Assembly: GCF_009914755.1 (NCBI RefSeq)
Contig: NC_060927.1
Source of the DNA: the human T2T-CHM13v2.0 reference genome, Homo sapiens
Reading direction: 5' to 3' (one strand)
DNA: 64,000 nucleotides
The translations under genes and the position numbers were made by a program. Position 1 is the first letter of the stretch, and each line of letters begins with the position of its first letter. The notes under the pieces are model-generated. The model did no database searches, had not been told where the DNA came from, and saw only the letters and a list, made by a program, of their open reading frames with translations. This document shows positions 24,556 through 39,724 of this stretch, piece after piece.

Positions 24556-27500
24556 GTCTTATGCCCTTTATAAGACAAATGTTTCCTTGTTTTATCGTCA
24601 CCAGAATTGTCACATTTGTTTTAATCACAGATGTTTTGTAAAGGTCATATGCCATGCTGACCAGGTCATCTTTCAATCTTGTTGAAACATGTGAATCAAG
24701 CTTTTAGGATGTAGATTAATAATGCTTTGCTGTCAACAACCTAGAGAGAGATCATGATGGCCTATTTCGATTTGTGATTTTGTTCAAAAATTTGCTTTTT
24801 TTGAAATTATTTCATTTACACAACTACTTTTAATTATTCTTTTTATAAATATCTGGTTTAATACTGCTCAAAAACAACTCTAAAAGGTAAATTTTGGTTA
24901 AGTTTATTAAAGAACAATATTTCAATGTGACTTGATCAAAGAAAATCAGTTATATTAAGTCCTTAGTTTGATTCATCTAATCTATTATTTACAAAAATAT
25001 TTATATTTTCACAAAATATAAAAGCTAACCCAATTCATTTACAGTATCATATGACTATAATTTCATTTATAATCAGTAGATACCTCAATGATTTTCCTGA
25101 TTTTAGATACTACTCTGATATTCCTATCCTACATAGCAGTATTTTAAAATGACTAATGAATAACCAGTTGATCTTTCCATCACACGATTATATAAATAAC
25201 ATTTTGTATTTGCATCTTCAAAAAAAAGTAATCTTCCAATGATCAGTTTTGGATAGTTTATTTACTAATGAGCTATGGTTGATTCAAAAGGCCTTGGTAA
25301 GGCTCATCTTAGAAGGGATAGCTTGTGCTACATAAACAGATGAGTAACAAAAAGCATTTCATATAGTTAAGGCCACTAAGTGGCTCCACACCTTAATGGC
25401 TTTAAACTCCATGAATTTCTGAAATGTCTGCTACACTTCATATGTATCGCTTCTCTATTAATGTAGGATAAACTGTTTCCTTGATAGCTGAACATAGCTA
25501 TAGCAAATATTTGAGTGGTTAATTATTGCAAAGTAGGAACAAAATTGAAAATCCCAGAGAAAAGGTGTATTATTTGATCAAGACTAGAAAGTGCTTCTTT
25601 TAAAGTGTTCCAATGCAAATCTTAAAACTGGGATATTAATCTTCATTCAAGTTTATTAACAAAGTAAATTGCTATAGTAGTATATATAGAATAAAAATAT
25701 GAGGCTGGGGGTGCAATATTTTGTTATCGCAAGTGAATAAGTTAAAATACTTGAATAAGTTATTTTGGGTTTGAAATAGTTGCAGTTTAATACTGCTGTT
25801 TCATTAGTTTGTAACAGCGTGCATTTTTTTCCTTAATGTAAATGACAAATGACAGACAAACTTCTACTTCATAAATTTCTTATTAAGTTGTTGGTGTTTG
25901 GGAGGTTAAAATATTTTTTCTATTTGCAAAATAGAGCATGTGGAAAATTTTCACACTATGATATGGAATTCTAAGGACTCTTTCAAATAGAGCAGCAACA
26001 AGTGAAAGACAATACATATTATTCAACTTTTATTAAGTAATGTGACCTATGCTCTTAATGTGGAAAGGTAACACTCTTTTACTGTTTCCAATGCTTGTAA
26101 CATGTGATGTCATCTAAATAACCTGGAAGAAATAGAATATTATGACTAGTTGCAATAATATGAAAATATAACATTTTTTAATGTTCATAAATTTACAAAA
26201 TTTTAAAAATCGTATTTTAAAACACTAGGTATAAAATAGAACAAGAATTAAAATAATGATAGAAAGTTTCTGACATTTTAAAAGGAAAAACTTTCTATAC
26301 CAAAGTTAACACTTTTAATGCAGAAGAATTAGCCTTAATCATACTTTTCAGTCAGAAGTCAGCTTTTTTTATTCCTAGGCCACTAAAACATATTCAACGG
26401 CCTGAATACCACACACCATGATAATGTATTAGACATGCAATTGACTTATTTAAAGATGATAGCATGTTAAGTGTGAAGAATAGAAATATTTTTAAATAAT
26501 TGAGTTTTTTTTCATTGAAATGACGCAAGAGCATCAAAGATAATGACCAAGCACATCCAAAGAAACGTAGGTGCTTTCAAATCAACAGGACAGTTTAAAG
26601 GATGGGGAGAGAACTCAAGGATTTGCTCAGTATAGGAATTTGATGTGAGAGCCAAGGTTAGACTGAAACAGACAAAAAAGAGAATTAACATTTACGATGA
26701 ATTTACTCTGTTGTGCTTCCTCTACTAGACAATTTACAAGACCACATAGTATCATGAAAACAACTCTGGGAAGAAGTTTTACATTTGAGAAATCTGTAAT
26801 ACAGTTAAATTTTAAAATAATAATGATAAAACTCACACAACAAGTGAGGGTGATGACCACCACCTTCAGATTCCATAGCCTTGCTCTGTACCACCATCCA
26901 TTCCACCTCTGGTATCATTGACAAGCTCAGGAGAGATTATCCAGAACTTGTTGAGTAAAACACTGTAGGCACAGCCAGGATTGCGAGCAGGCACTGAGCT
27001 TCATCAGAATTGAGTCTTCCACGAGTAATTTTGGATTGTGCTGAGTAAACCACCTCTACTGATGACGAGCTGGGCTATCATCTTTAGTTAACAAGTTTCT
27101 TATCTCTATCAAGACCATGAGCTACTAGAGGAGGTAGATGACGTAAAGGTGATGATGATCTCAAACTATGACTGCATGAGTGAATAAGCATGAAACATTT
27201 TGCTGATATATTATCTCTGCTATTAACACACTAAATGGTTTTAGAGAAATCAACCCACCATTCTGGTCTTCAATTAATCTCTGAAATGCAAGGGTTGACT
27301 ATAATAACTTTTTGCTGTTTATTTATTATTGTTGTTCTTTGTTTCTTCCTATCCAACTAATCTGTGTTTGTCTGTCATGCTACATGCTCTGAAATGTTAG
27401 CCTAAACTCTCTTTTACGTGGTATTACCAAAAATTAAGATGCCAACTATAATTTTTTTAGAGAATGTAAGTCTTTTTCTATTCAGAATATTTTAAATTTT

Positions 27501-28440
27501 ATAAAGTAAATGATTAAAGGATGGACCAAACTACTTTAGCTTTTTAACACAAAATTTTAACAGATTCTTAGGGTATCATTGTCATTACTTCAAATAATTT
27601 TAAAGCAAGCAAGATGCTTAGGCATCCAAGGCTATTGCTGCTATTCTGAATTAGCCCACGCTACAAATGATTTGATGTTTCCCCCACTGTGTTTTCTTCC
27701 CCCTCCTTACCTCTCACTTCGTAATTTCCTTCTTGGAAATCATAACATACTTATGTTTCTTATATCTTATCTGCTGGGACCTAACCTAAGAAGAAAATAA
27801 GAAACTGAGCAAAAAGTTAATTGCACACATAGACTAAAGACCACTCTCAAGCCTTAGTGTGACTCCATAATGTTTTTATCTTTACATTTAAATCTTTTTT
27901 ATTTAATTCCATTTTTTCTATGAATCTCAATTTCTTTATTTCTGTCTGTTAGATAGAAAATATACTAATACTGAATTTTCTGTCTCAGAAATATATTAGC
28001 TGAGACAATATAAGTGGTGTCTTGGGGAAACTGAGGAATAGTTTAAATAATAAAGTTTGTATCTTCTTATGATAAACAAAATTATCTTCTTTATATATGA
28101 TACCACCTAGTTAAGTTTAGTCACTGCATATATTTCCACATGTTTTCTCACTATTTGTTGACACTTATTTTATAAATTTTTTCTTCTTAGTAGAGACTCT
28201 AATCCATTTTTAAGTCTAGGTCTTTAAAGACTTGTCCAAGATTCTTGAGAATCATGTACCATAATATGCTCAACTTGATTTAATAATTTACTTCTTACTA
28301 AATTTCAATAGGATATTTTTAGTAATACCACAGTGGCCATACAAAATGAGTATATTTCTAAACATAATAATAACATGCATTTAGGTTGCACTTTATAATG
28401 TCCTGTAAACTTCATTACAGATTGTCTTATTTCTTAAAAT

Positions 28441-28993
28441 GTTAAACTTATATCTTCTCCTTTTCCTGGGAAGAAGATATTATATATTCATACAAACACT
28501 TTTACATGAATGTTCTCAGCTCTTCCTGTAATCACCAAATATTAGAAAGAGCTCAATGTCCGTCATCAAGGGTATGAATAAATAAAATGTAGTATATCTA
28601 AACAGTGGAATACTGCTTAGCAATATGAATAAATGAACCATGAATACACGCTACAATATGGGCGAGTCTCAAATAATTACGCTGAATCAAAGAAGTCAGG
28701 CAAAAGCGTGTGCGTGCTCCCTGATTTTATTTCTATAAGGTACTGGAAAATGCAGACTAATTTATGGTTTACAGGAAGCAAATCAGTGGTAACCCAGGGT
28801 ACAGTGAACAGGCACATCAATGGAAAGACTATGGAAGAGAACAAGGAAAACACTGTTGTCATCCATATTCACTACTATGGCTGTAGTGATGGTTTCACAG
28901 GTATATACATATATGGAAATTTATCAGATTGTACACCTTAAGTATGTACAGTTTGTTATATATCAAATATACCTCAATAAAAGCTGTTAAAAA
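28441..28993 (+). mobile_element. Old mammalian L1 (L1MB/MC/MD-type) 3' end
   Basis: gtggaatact..agcaat..gtgatggtttcacaggt..tatacctcaataaaagctgttaaaa. Confidence 0.85.
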
Positions 28994-28999
28994 TTTTGT

Positions 29000-29135
29000 C
29001 TCATTTCAATCTCAATATCATTTTGTGAAATAGTATTTTCTAATTTTACAGTTATTAAAACTGTGGTTTAGAGAGGTTATATTAAATTGCACCTTAAAAA
29101 TCTGTTATACAGAATTTTAAATATAGGTTTATCTC
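29000..29135 (-). mobile_element. MIR relic
   Basis: attttacag..aaactgtggtttagagaggtta. Confidence 0.5.
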
Positions 29136-29671
29136 AGTTGTATACTCTTTCACTCTCAATATTTTCCCTTTAGAAGACTATGATTGATTTAGTACAACTA
29201 TTATCATATACAAAACTATGGACTACAAAATCTGAACAAGTGTTATATAACATCTATTCACTGTTTAAATATAATCTTCAATCTTTCTGATAAAAAAAGA
29301 AAACCCCATTCTTACATTTGCATGCTAAAACTTTATGGTTTAATATTATATCTAATAATAAACTTAATAAACTTACCAGTTTAATATCACATACAGTACC
29401 ACAAAGATGAAAGGGGAAGCATTGAAAAGTTATGCATAATAGCACTGAGACTTCAAGTGAACATCAGCCAGTAATCAGAATCTTAAATGTCCACTACCAA
29501 TTAAAAAAAAATGAGACTTCCATGAGAGACTCAGTTAATGTGCTACACACCCTCTATAACAGAGAAAACCTTCTAACTTAGAAATCAAGGTAATAAAAAG
29601 TAAGAGATTTTACTTTCCTCCTGATTCTTTCAAGACCCAAGGTAGGCTTTTCTATCTATAATGATGAGAAC

Positions 29672-30009
29672 TTTTTTTTATTCTTTTTTTATTATTATAC
29701 TTTAAGTTCTAGGGTACATGTGCACAACACGCAGGTTAGTTACATATGTATGCATGTGCCATGTTGGTGTGCTGCACCCATTAACTCGTCATTTAACATT
29801 AGGTCTATCTCCTAATGCTATCCCTCCCGCCCGGCCCCCACCCCACAACAGTCCCAGGTGTGTGATGTTTCCCTTCCTGTGTCCATGTGTTCTCATTGTT
29901 CAATTCCCACTTAGGAGTGAGAACGTGCGGTGTTTGGGTTTTTGTCCTTGCGATAGTTTGCTGAGAATGATGGTTGCCAGCTTCATCCATGTCCCTACAA
30001 AGGACATGA
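29672..30009 (-). mobile_element. 5'-truncated primate L1PA (PA3-PA5-like) 3' end
   Basis: ttattatactttaagttctagggtacatgtgcacaac..gtccctacaaaggacatga, low divergence. Confidence 0.95.
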
Positions 30010-30649
30010 TTTTTCACAGAAGTCTGACTCTATAGTCCTTCCCTCAAAATAAGTTAAATTTTATTCTACATAAATCCAGGGAAAGGCTGATTCTGATGAT
30101 TTAGGCAGGCAGGGAAATACAGGTGACGATACTTAGAAAGACACAGTTTACTTGTGTAAACTGATATACATGGTGTAATATGACTGGTAGAAGTACATTA
30201 CAAGGACTCTAATTTTCAAATAGTGCCTTGGTTTAGAGCTTCAAAAAACATGAAGATGGCTTAGGAGACATTTCCATCTAAGTTAAGCAGAGCATTTAAT
30301 AAATTCTACTAGTTAACAGTAATTACTGGAGGTATCATTAATGATTCCTAAATGATAATGATGCCTAATGATACTTTCTCAGTTGTATATCCGAGAAAAA
30401 CATTTCACAGCACTCAAATGAACATTAAATCAACACAAGTTTACAAATCAACTTTGTTGTCAAATTTTGCCTTGGATTTGATAAATTTCTCATTATTGAA
30501 GTATGAATATATAGGAAGGAAGGTAATGAGTCCGGAATAAAGCTATTTCAACATTCAAAGATGAAGTGAACATTATTTTGTGGACTCAGAGAAGGAATAA
30601 CAAACTCTGAAAATAATTTATTTCTGTAATGAGAGGGGAAAAACCTAAA

Positions 30650-31520
30650 AATGGTTAAATGCGTTTAAAATAGTACAAGTAGAGATACTTTCCATGAAAT
30701 GTGTGCAGAAATCTCCAGGAAGAAAACAAGGTGAAATGAAAGACAGCAGGATATAATACAGATAAATGAGAAAAGCTAAAATTTTCTGAGTGATGGAAAG
30801 AAAAATTGCCAGGAGGCTAAAAGTTAAACAGCAAAATCAAAGTTCACACTTTTGGGCTTGAAAGCTAGCAATGAGCATTAAAATAGATTTACTAAATAAA
30901 TGAATAAAAATTTTAGAATATGTACCTCAAAGGCAAAGTGATAAAAATGACAAAAGAAAATGTAATAGATATAGAATATGAGGTAAACATTAAAACTCAA
31001 AATTAAAGATGATTAGAAGAAAAATTAAAACATTGAAAGAGGAAAAAATACTAAGACAGATCTAAAGAAAATTGCACTGACTGTTGGGGATGGTAGAGTT
31101 AAGCTGTTTCAGATAGTATTAATGAAAGAAGAATGACAGGCAAATCTAATTATCTCATCTACAATTTGAGAAATATAATAATAAAGTAAAAATATATGCA
31201 AATAACTTGTTAGAAAAAGAAAAGAAATAGCTATCTACAAATGCAGACTCCAACCAGTTCATGTTTGTCCACTGCAAGATTAAGTGGAAAAGATACAGGA
31301 ACAATGTTTAGAGTTTTCAGAGGAAATTTTGTGGATGTCGACATTTTGTGCCCTGCTAAATCATTTTAATTAGTGAGGAAAACAAAAAGATAATTTCATG
31401 TAACAGTTATCCTAAAAATATATAGAATGATATTTTTAGAAATATGTTGCATACAATAAGTCTAACTAAAACTAAAAGGGGCAGTCTGTAAAGATAGAGA
31501 TGTCTAAATAATAACTGCAT
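30650..31520 (+). mobile_element. Highly decayed L1M/HAL1 ORF1-like region
   Basis: A-rich; ..ggaacaatgtttagagttttcagaggaaa..attttgtgccctgctaaatcatt resembles the L1 ORF1 C-terminus. Confidence 0.45.
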
Positions 31521-32269
31521 ACATAGTTATGAAAATCAAAACAAATATCAAAAATCATTCTTTAACAAAGACCAGGTATACAATCTAACATAAGAGAAAA
31601 AAATATAGCCTTAATAAGGACACTGTTTGAAAGTTAAGGAATAAGGCAGAGGATATACTAAAACATTATTTTTTAAAGTAGTGAATAATATGATCAAGGG
31701 CTGAAAAAGTGTAAAATTCTGAACAATAAACTGCTTTTACCAATTGCAGTCAAATTTCCCAACAACCGATATTAATATTGTAGTTTTAAAGATCAAACTA
31801 GTCAAGATATCAGACATATTCCTAAGATACAAGATTTAAGCTATTGAATTCTTAGCAGTGGTCTTTACTGCTTCACCATTCTTTGCTTCAAATATCGTAA
31901 GGGAGGATTCTCTCTGCATAATGGCAGCTGCCTACGACTGAATCTCTTCATACATCCTTTACGCAGATCTATGAGAATAAGTAAAACCACTCACAACCCA
32001 TACATACAGTACAACTAAGAGATAGAGAATTCTTCAAACTTCTAAGTATACATCAGTTGAAAAATAACTATCCAAACCAACAGAGCTATCTCCAGATCTG
32101 CCTGAGCTGAAAGTTAGGAGACATTTATTGGAAAAGATGAGGGGGTAGTGGGGGACTATAGAGACAGAACACAGATAGAATCATCCACAGAAAGTGAAAG
32201 CTCTACACAAGGGGGTAAATATTGAAAACAGGTGTCAGATGTGTTGGACATGGGTAAAATGGACCTAAC

Positions 32270-32900
32270 AACCAACAGGCAAACTGTGCACTGGGAAAAA
32301 GTTTTGCAACAAATATTGAGGAAAAATATTTAACGTTACTATGTTCACAATCAAAAAATAAAAAACATGAAAGAGAAATGGTGAGCTGATATTAAATCAT
32401 ATTCTCCAAGAATGAGAATTGCAAATAACTGATAATCTTATAAAAATAGCTAACTTCACTAGTAATCTAAGAAATATATATTTATTAAAAAACTATAATT
32501 TATAATTAATAAAATGAAAAATATTAAGAAGACCATACTCAATATTGTCAGTGGTGGGTTTATAAATATTACCAGAAACTATAATGCAGCATATATGACT
32601 TTAAATTATTTAATGACTTTATTAAATGACTTCAAATATTCATTATTTGTGGCCAAGTAATTCTAATTCACAGAAATTTATTCCAGGGAATAATCTCAGG
32701 GATTGGTTTACAGGTATTTTTTAAAAGTTATATATTGTAATTTTAGATTATGGATAAAATAAAAATGATATAAGGAAATAAAAATAGTGTTAAATCTTAG
32801 AGATAAAATTTGGTATAGGGACTTAAATAATGGTTTAACAAGTTATTTTAGTTTTATGAGTAAATGCTAACAATGTGCCAGTTGAAAAATGTGGTATTCA
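32270..32900 (+). mobile_element. L1ME-type ORF2 end/3' UTR relic
   Basis: actgggaaaaag.tttgcaaca..cttcactagtaatc..aagtaattctaattc..gaaatttattcc. Confidence 0.55.
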
Positions 32901-34662
32901 AGCAATAACAAATTCCTAATCATCTCTTACTGCTTTGCTCCAGTGGGGAATATTAACTTCTGGTGTTTTAAAACCAATTAAAAAACAGTGAGACCCTTTC
33001 CTCTACGGAGAGGCAGACAATTATTTGACTGTACAACTACCTGAAGGCATACTTACATAGAGGTTTTCACTTCAGATTTTCAAATTACATTGTTTGTACT
33101 CGGGTGAAAATAAATGTTGTGTTGAAATGATCACAGATGCATTTTTAATAAATGTGAGAAATTAGGTACAATATATTTACAATTTTAAAACATTAAATCA
33201 ATGCTTCCTTGGAGTTTTCTGAATGAAACTTAATTCCCCTAAGTACGCTAAATGTAAAAGAGCTTCAAGAATTTGTCTGAAAAGGCCAAGATTGAAATAA
33301 TAGGAAATTAACTGTTCTCTAAGACTAGAACAGTAAGGAGCTTTATTACTATGTTTAGCAAGACATTACATTACCAAGGTATTTAAGGAACATTTTCTTA
33401 ACAACACATTTTTTTAAAGTAACTTTTCTTTAGAACTGACAAAAGAAAGAATTATAATAATTATTTAGTCACAAGACAATTTGTAAATGTTACATTTGAT
33501 TGTATCATGACAGACTCTGTGTGGTTTGATGCCACAATGAACTCGCTCTTTACCATTGCATAAGGAATATCATTTCACATTGAAACTGGGCAGGGATTGT
33601 TAGAGTTCACATTTCACTAACATGAGTTGAAAATCTAATTGACATTTTGCTGGATTGCATCTATACAGCACTCCACTGTAAATGGCAACTTCACAAACTG
33701 TCTCCTACAGTGATCATTTAAATTGAGATATCTCAGGGGCCATGTTGTTCACCCAGCACAGCATCTTCTGTTTGTCTAAATTTATTGTTCATTGCCACAG
33801 TTAAAAACTCATTACAAAATTACATTTTTGTTAGGCTTTAGACAATAGTAGATGTGTTGGGAAAGGGAAACTATTAAATTTTATTTTGAAAGAAAACTAC
33901 TGCCAAAGTGTAAATATACAAGAAGGAAATCACAAGAGTAAAATATTAATAATTTTATCCTAGAAGTTAAGAATCTATGGTGGCAAAATCAGTTAAAAAT
34001 AAAATGTAAATCTTCCTGCTGTTTACCCTCATTATCCACTGATTAAACTGAAAGGGATAAAAATATTGAGCTGTTGTTTGCCTAAAACAAGGGAAGTATG
34101 AGCATGTTATGATGTTTACTAAGATAATAAATAAGTCAACTAGGACTAGATATTAAAATTAATTACAAAATAATCACATTGGGTACAAATGCTTAAAATG
34201 GTATGGTTTAGTATGTGCATAGCAAAAATAAAAAGTTGCATATTTTGTTGTTTTTATAAAATAATAGTGTATCAAGCTCTGGTTCTTGATCTTTTTTATA
34301 CTAGTTAGATATAAACTTACACTGGATTTTTTGATACTCTATGTAAGGGAAAGATAATGAAATTTTCTTTGTCAGATAAAGGGGGAAAAGTCCCCTGACT
34401 CTCCTCCTCTTAGAGTGTTTCCTTGAAAATACCATAGGCCTGATAAGAAGCCCAACCTCTTGATTTTACAATGGAAGATCAAAAACCTTATTTCTGACCC
34501 TTGAAACTGTGAGTACATACCTACAAAAATTAACTCAGGAATTGCTCATGAGATATACAAGTTTCTATCAGAAGGTGCATCCATTTGTCTCTCAAAGAAA
34601 TAGGAGAAGTTTTATTTGCTTTTATCTTCTACTTTTCTCTTTGTTTACTGTTTATGAAATGT

Positions 34663-34816
34663 TTTTATTTTTTTCAGCCTTATTAAGGTACATTTGACAA
34701 AATTACATATATTTAGGATGTACAATGTGATGCTCTGGTGCACATATATACTGTGTGGAATTATTACCACAGTCAATTTAGTTAACACATCCATCACCTT
34801 TCATAGTTACACATCC

Positions 34817-34865
<49 letters not shown>

Positions 34866-34883
34866 GTGAGAACATTTAAGATG
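34663..34883 (-). mobile_element. L1MA (MA8-10-like) 3' terminal fragment
   Basis: tatatttaggatgtacaatgtgatg..ttaacacatccatcacct..catagttac..tggtgagaacatttaagat. Confidence 0.8.
34817..34862. repeat. (GT)21 microsatellite
   Basis: Pure GT at 34821-34862. Confidence 0.97.
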
Positions 34884-35256
34884 AAGATTGTTTAAAATGT
34901 AAAACTTTAGAAAAGATAAATTAAAATGAAGTCATTTTTAAAGTGCTCTCTTGTATGCCTATTTAAACAGTTTCAGTCATTTAGGATGGTTATCAGGGGG
35001 TAATAGTCACATTTTAATCTATGTAAATCACCACCCAATATCCCCCTCATTCCCCAACTGAAATCTAGATCCATTTACGTCAAGTACCACATTCCCCTTG
35101 GACTTTATCAATACAGGTAGATCCACTCTCATTGAATCATTTTAGAGGTTCTAACTCAGCTCAGTGAGAAAATTATTTCATCTTTATCATAAATTATCAT
35201 ATTTTGAAGATAATATTTTCCCTGTAGACAATCCTCCATAGAAATAGCATAGGCCC

Positions 35257-36540
<1,284 letters not shown>

Positions 36541-36926
36541 GTAATAGAGGGATGTCTAAAATCCTAATAGGCATAAAATCAGTTGTGACTATCAGCACAT
36601 TAATTATTTGTTGGGTGGGTAATCAATGGCAAAATTTTGGTATGAAGCTATTGAAGCATTTTGCTGATTTTTGTCCCTCCATATCCTTTGTCTCCTCATT
36701 CTTTTCTTTAACTTTGGCACATTTCTCAATATCCCCTGCAAATAAGTACAGAAACATTATTAGGTTTGGATTAATGATATGGGGGTGGAAATAAAAAATG
36801 TCACTTTGGACTTGTAACACTCCAGTGCATTTCTCTAGCTTCTGTTTCTCTTTATTTTGAGCTAGAATGCAGATGGAATGCAATGACCCATGTTCAATCA
36901 CGCAGACTCAGACAGCAACCTAGAAA

Positions 36927-37175
36927 AGAGGCTTGCAACCTATGGTCTGCAATCCAGTGATCCAGTGCCTGTTTTGTGAATTAAATGTCTTTGGAACACA
37001 GATGCACCCTTTGTTTACATATTTTCTATGGCTTTTACACTACAATGGCAGAGCTGAATGGTTGAGTCGGACATAATATGGTCCTAAAGCCTAAAAGTTC
37101 TCCTATGAGGCTCTTTACCAAAAACAAATGAAAAACAACAACAACAACAACAAAAACAACAGTGCTAACCCTTTC
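36927..37175. mobile_element. MER58A MITE with internal (AAC)n expansion
   Basis: gcctgttttgtgaat..ttggaacacag..tgtttacatatt..acactacaatggcagag..aaagcctaaaa. Confidence 0.8.
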
Positions 37176-37914
37176 TCTAGAACAAGTAGATCCCCAAATG
37201 AGCTCAAACAATAAAAAATAAAAAATAAAAAATAAAAAAAAGCATGGCACCAGATAAGAATGGCCAGACTTTTTAAAAAATAAATTTCTACCAATTTAGC
37301 TGCTGGTTTTTATTTGTTCTTTTGTTGTTATGATACTTTTTTTGTTGATCTTTTTTGCTCTTTTTATGTGGAATTAACAAACAAGTATTTTAACAGATAT
37401 GAGTAATATTGTTTCCAGTTTCTTATTGTTTTATTGTGTTTTATTGTTTCAATGTCATCTGTTTTGTTGTCAGTACATAAGCTAATTTTAACATCTTCTT
37501 ATTAAAAAATAAACTACTTGCTCCCAGAAAGCAGTATTTCCTGGTATTTGGCATTTTGAAGCTGAAAAATAATGACTTTGATCATTCAGATTGTTTCTCT
37601 GTTTTAGTGCCACTCATTGGCTTTTGGCATTTCAAAGAAAAACTTTAGAACTCTTCTTCATAATCCAAAGAGGCAGTCTTTCCCAATTAATTTTTAAACT
37701 AGTTTTCATCAATGACATTACATTTCAGTGCTTACCTGTTCTGAGGGAGCACCAGATAATGGCTCTGAAGAGCTGTTTCAGAATACATTTTTTCTCTCTT
37801 TTATGCAAGAACTGTGCCAATAGTTTTGCCTAGAGAAAATTATCTGGTTTTTTTTACATCCTAAAGACTGATTTAACAGACATCAACACTGCTATAAACA
37901 GAGACAAGATGCCC

Positions 37915-38095
37915 TACTAGAGAAAGCTGTAGACTTAGAGTCTGAACATCCATAGTGAAGTCCAGGTCTGGCATTTATACCAGAAGACTTTCTTACATGA
38001 CCCTTCTCTGATCTCAGAGCTCTGATGTACCTAAGAAGGAGTCAGGTTACCAGATGATCTCCAGAGTCTCCGCCAGCTTTAAAATCTCCATGACT
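37915..38095 (+). mobile_element. MIR3/MIRc relic
   Basis: agacttagagtc..accagatgatctcc..gtc..cagctttaaaat. Confidence 0.55.
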
Positions 38096-38361
38096 TAAAA
38101 TTGCTTAGTAAAGGTCAGTGGGTAAAGGCCATATATAATCATTTAATATCACACCTCTGTATATTTTATCATTTTTCTCTGTATGTTTTATACAGTTTCT
38201 TAAAAGAAAACTTACTCAACAGGTCAATTTTAAAGCAAAAGAGCAGTTAATTTTGTACTGCCCTTCATACTTTATTCATCCTCATACTATCATCTTTTCC
38301 TATCCACAGCAATTAGCAATGAGTAGAGCATCATTAGACTTCAACAAATATTTAGTCCAAC

Positions 38362-38957
38362 CTTGCACCCTAAACTGTATTATTCACACAACAACCAGAG
38401 TCATTCTTTAAAAATATAAAGTTATATCAAACCATTCCTCTACTTAGAATCTACACAGATGTCCCATTTAGAATAATAGCTAATGTGCTTACAATGTGAC
38501 TATAGTGTAGTCTACAAGGCCATAGAAAATCTCTCCCCACCTACTCTCTCCCTCATTCATTCTGCTCCAGTTTAATCCTCCTGGCACATCATTGCCTTGG
38601 GTGCCTTGTACCAGTTGTTCCCCTAGAAATCTACATGGCTAACTTCACTTCCTTCAATGTTTTGCTCAATCTTCACCTATCCTCAACAACTTAGTTTAAA
38701 TTTTAGCTTCTACCCGACACCCCTGTCAGGTTCCCAATCCTGACCACCCTTCTCTGGGTCTTTCTGCCATAGCAGTCATCACCTTGTAATATCCTACATA
38801 TATACTTATTTTTGTGTTGTTTATTACCTGCCTTTCCCCACTAGAATATAAGCTTCATAAAAGCAGGAAATTTTGTCAGTTTAGTTCGTTGAGGTATTTC
38901 AGGCAATTAAGAGTGCCTGGCACAAAAGAGATACTCAATAATATTTGTTGAATAAAT
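38362..38957 (+). mobile_element. L2a LINE 3' region
   Basis: cacacaacaaccagagtcattcttt..ctacaaggcc..ccccactagaatataagcttcat..gtgcctggcaca..ctcaataatatttgttgaataa. Confidence 0.85.
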
Positions 38958-39144
38958 TTAAAGCATGAAATAAATGGCTGAATTAGTAGATCTTTTTTCT
39001 CATTTCCTCTTTTACTATACCCAAAATATACACCTTAACCATGTCCATTCACTATAGCTGTGGATGACGACAATGAAAAAATATTCATTGGAGGCAATTT
39101 CAACATTTTTGAAAAGTATTCCCAAATCATTAACATAAATGCAG

Positions 39145-39265
39145 AATCAATTTATTCAACAAAAGAATTTTAAACATAGAAAAATTTTTTCTTTGTGTAA
39201 CACATTGTATTAGACATGGGTGACAACAAAAGAAAGCCATGTTCCTGCCCTCAAGGATTTTTTAA
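39145..39265 (-). mobile_element. L2 relic
   Basis: tattcaacaaa..cacattgtattagacatggg..ttcctgccctcaagga. Confidence 0.55.
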
Positions 39266-39724
39266 ACTCCCTAATTGAACAGACACAAAACACGAGTTAA
39301 AAATAAGTCTACACATATTATTCAAGGGGAAATGAAGAAGGACTAAATACAAGGAAAAGGCTGAATGTGGTTCTACCAAGCCTTTAGATTCCATGCTGGA
39401 ATACTAGTGCTGTGAAGTGGCCCTCTTAAAACCCATTGGCAGTAAATGATGATTTAGTCTTAAGAAAGTGTGGGGGCAGAACAGAAGATTAGACAAAAGG
39501 ATTTTAGTAGTCCTAATATCCAGTGCGGTGTTTCCTAATTTTCAATTTGTAAGAATAGCTTTTGTTTAGAATTGTGCTTCTCTATTATAAGAAACAATTA
39601 TTTCTCTAGAATCATGGATTTCTGATACCATATTCCCCTTTACCTTCTCCTGTGACTAATGTGTGTCTCAAGTTATTTGCCATTTTCACTTTAAATAGTA
39701 TTTATGAAGGTCCTGCTATTGCTT

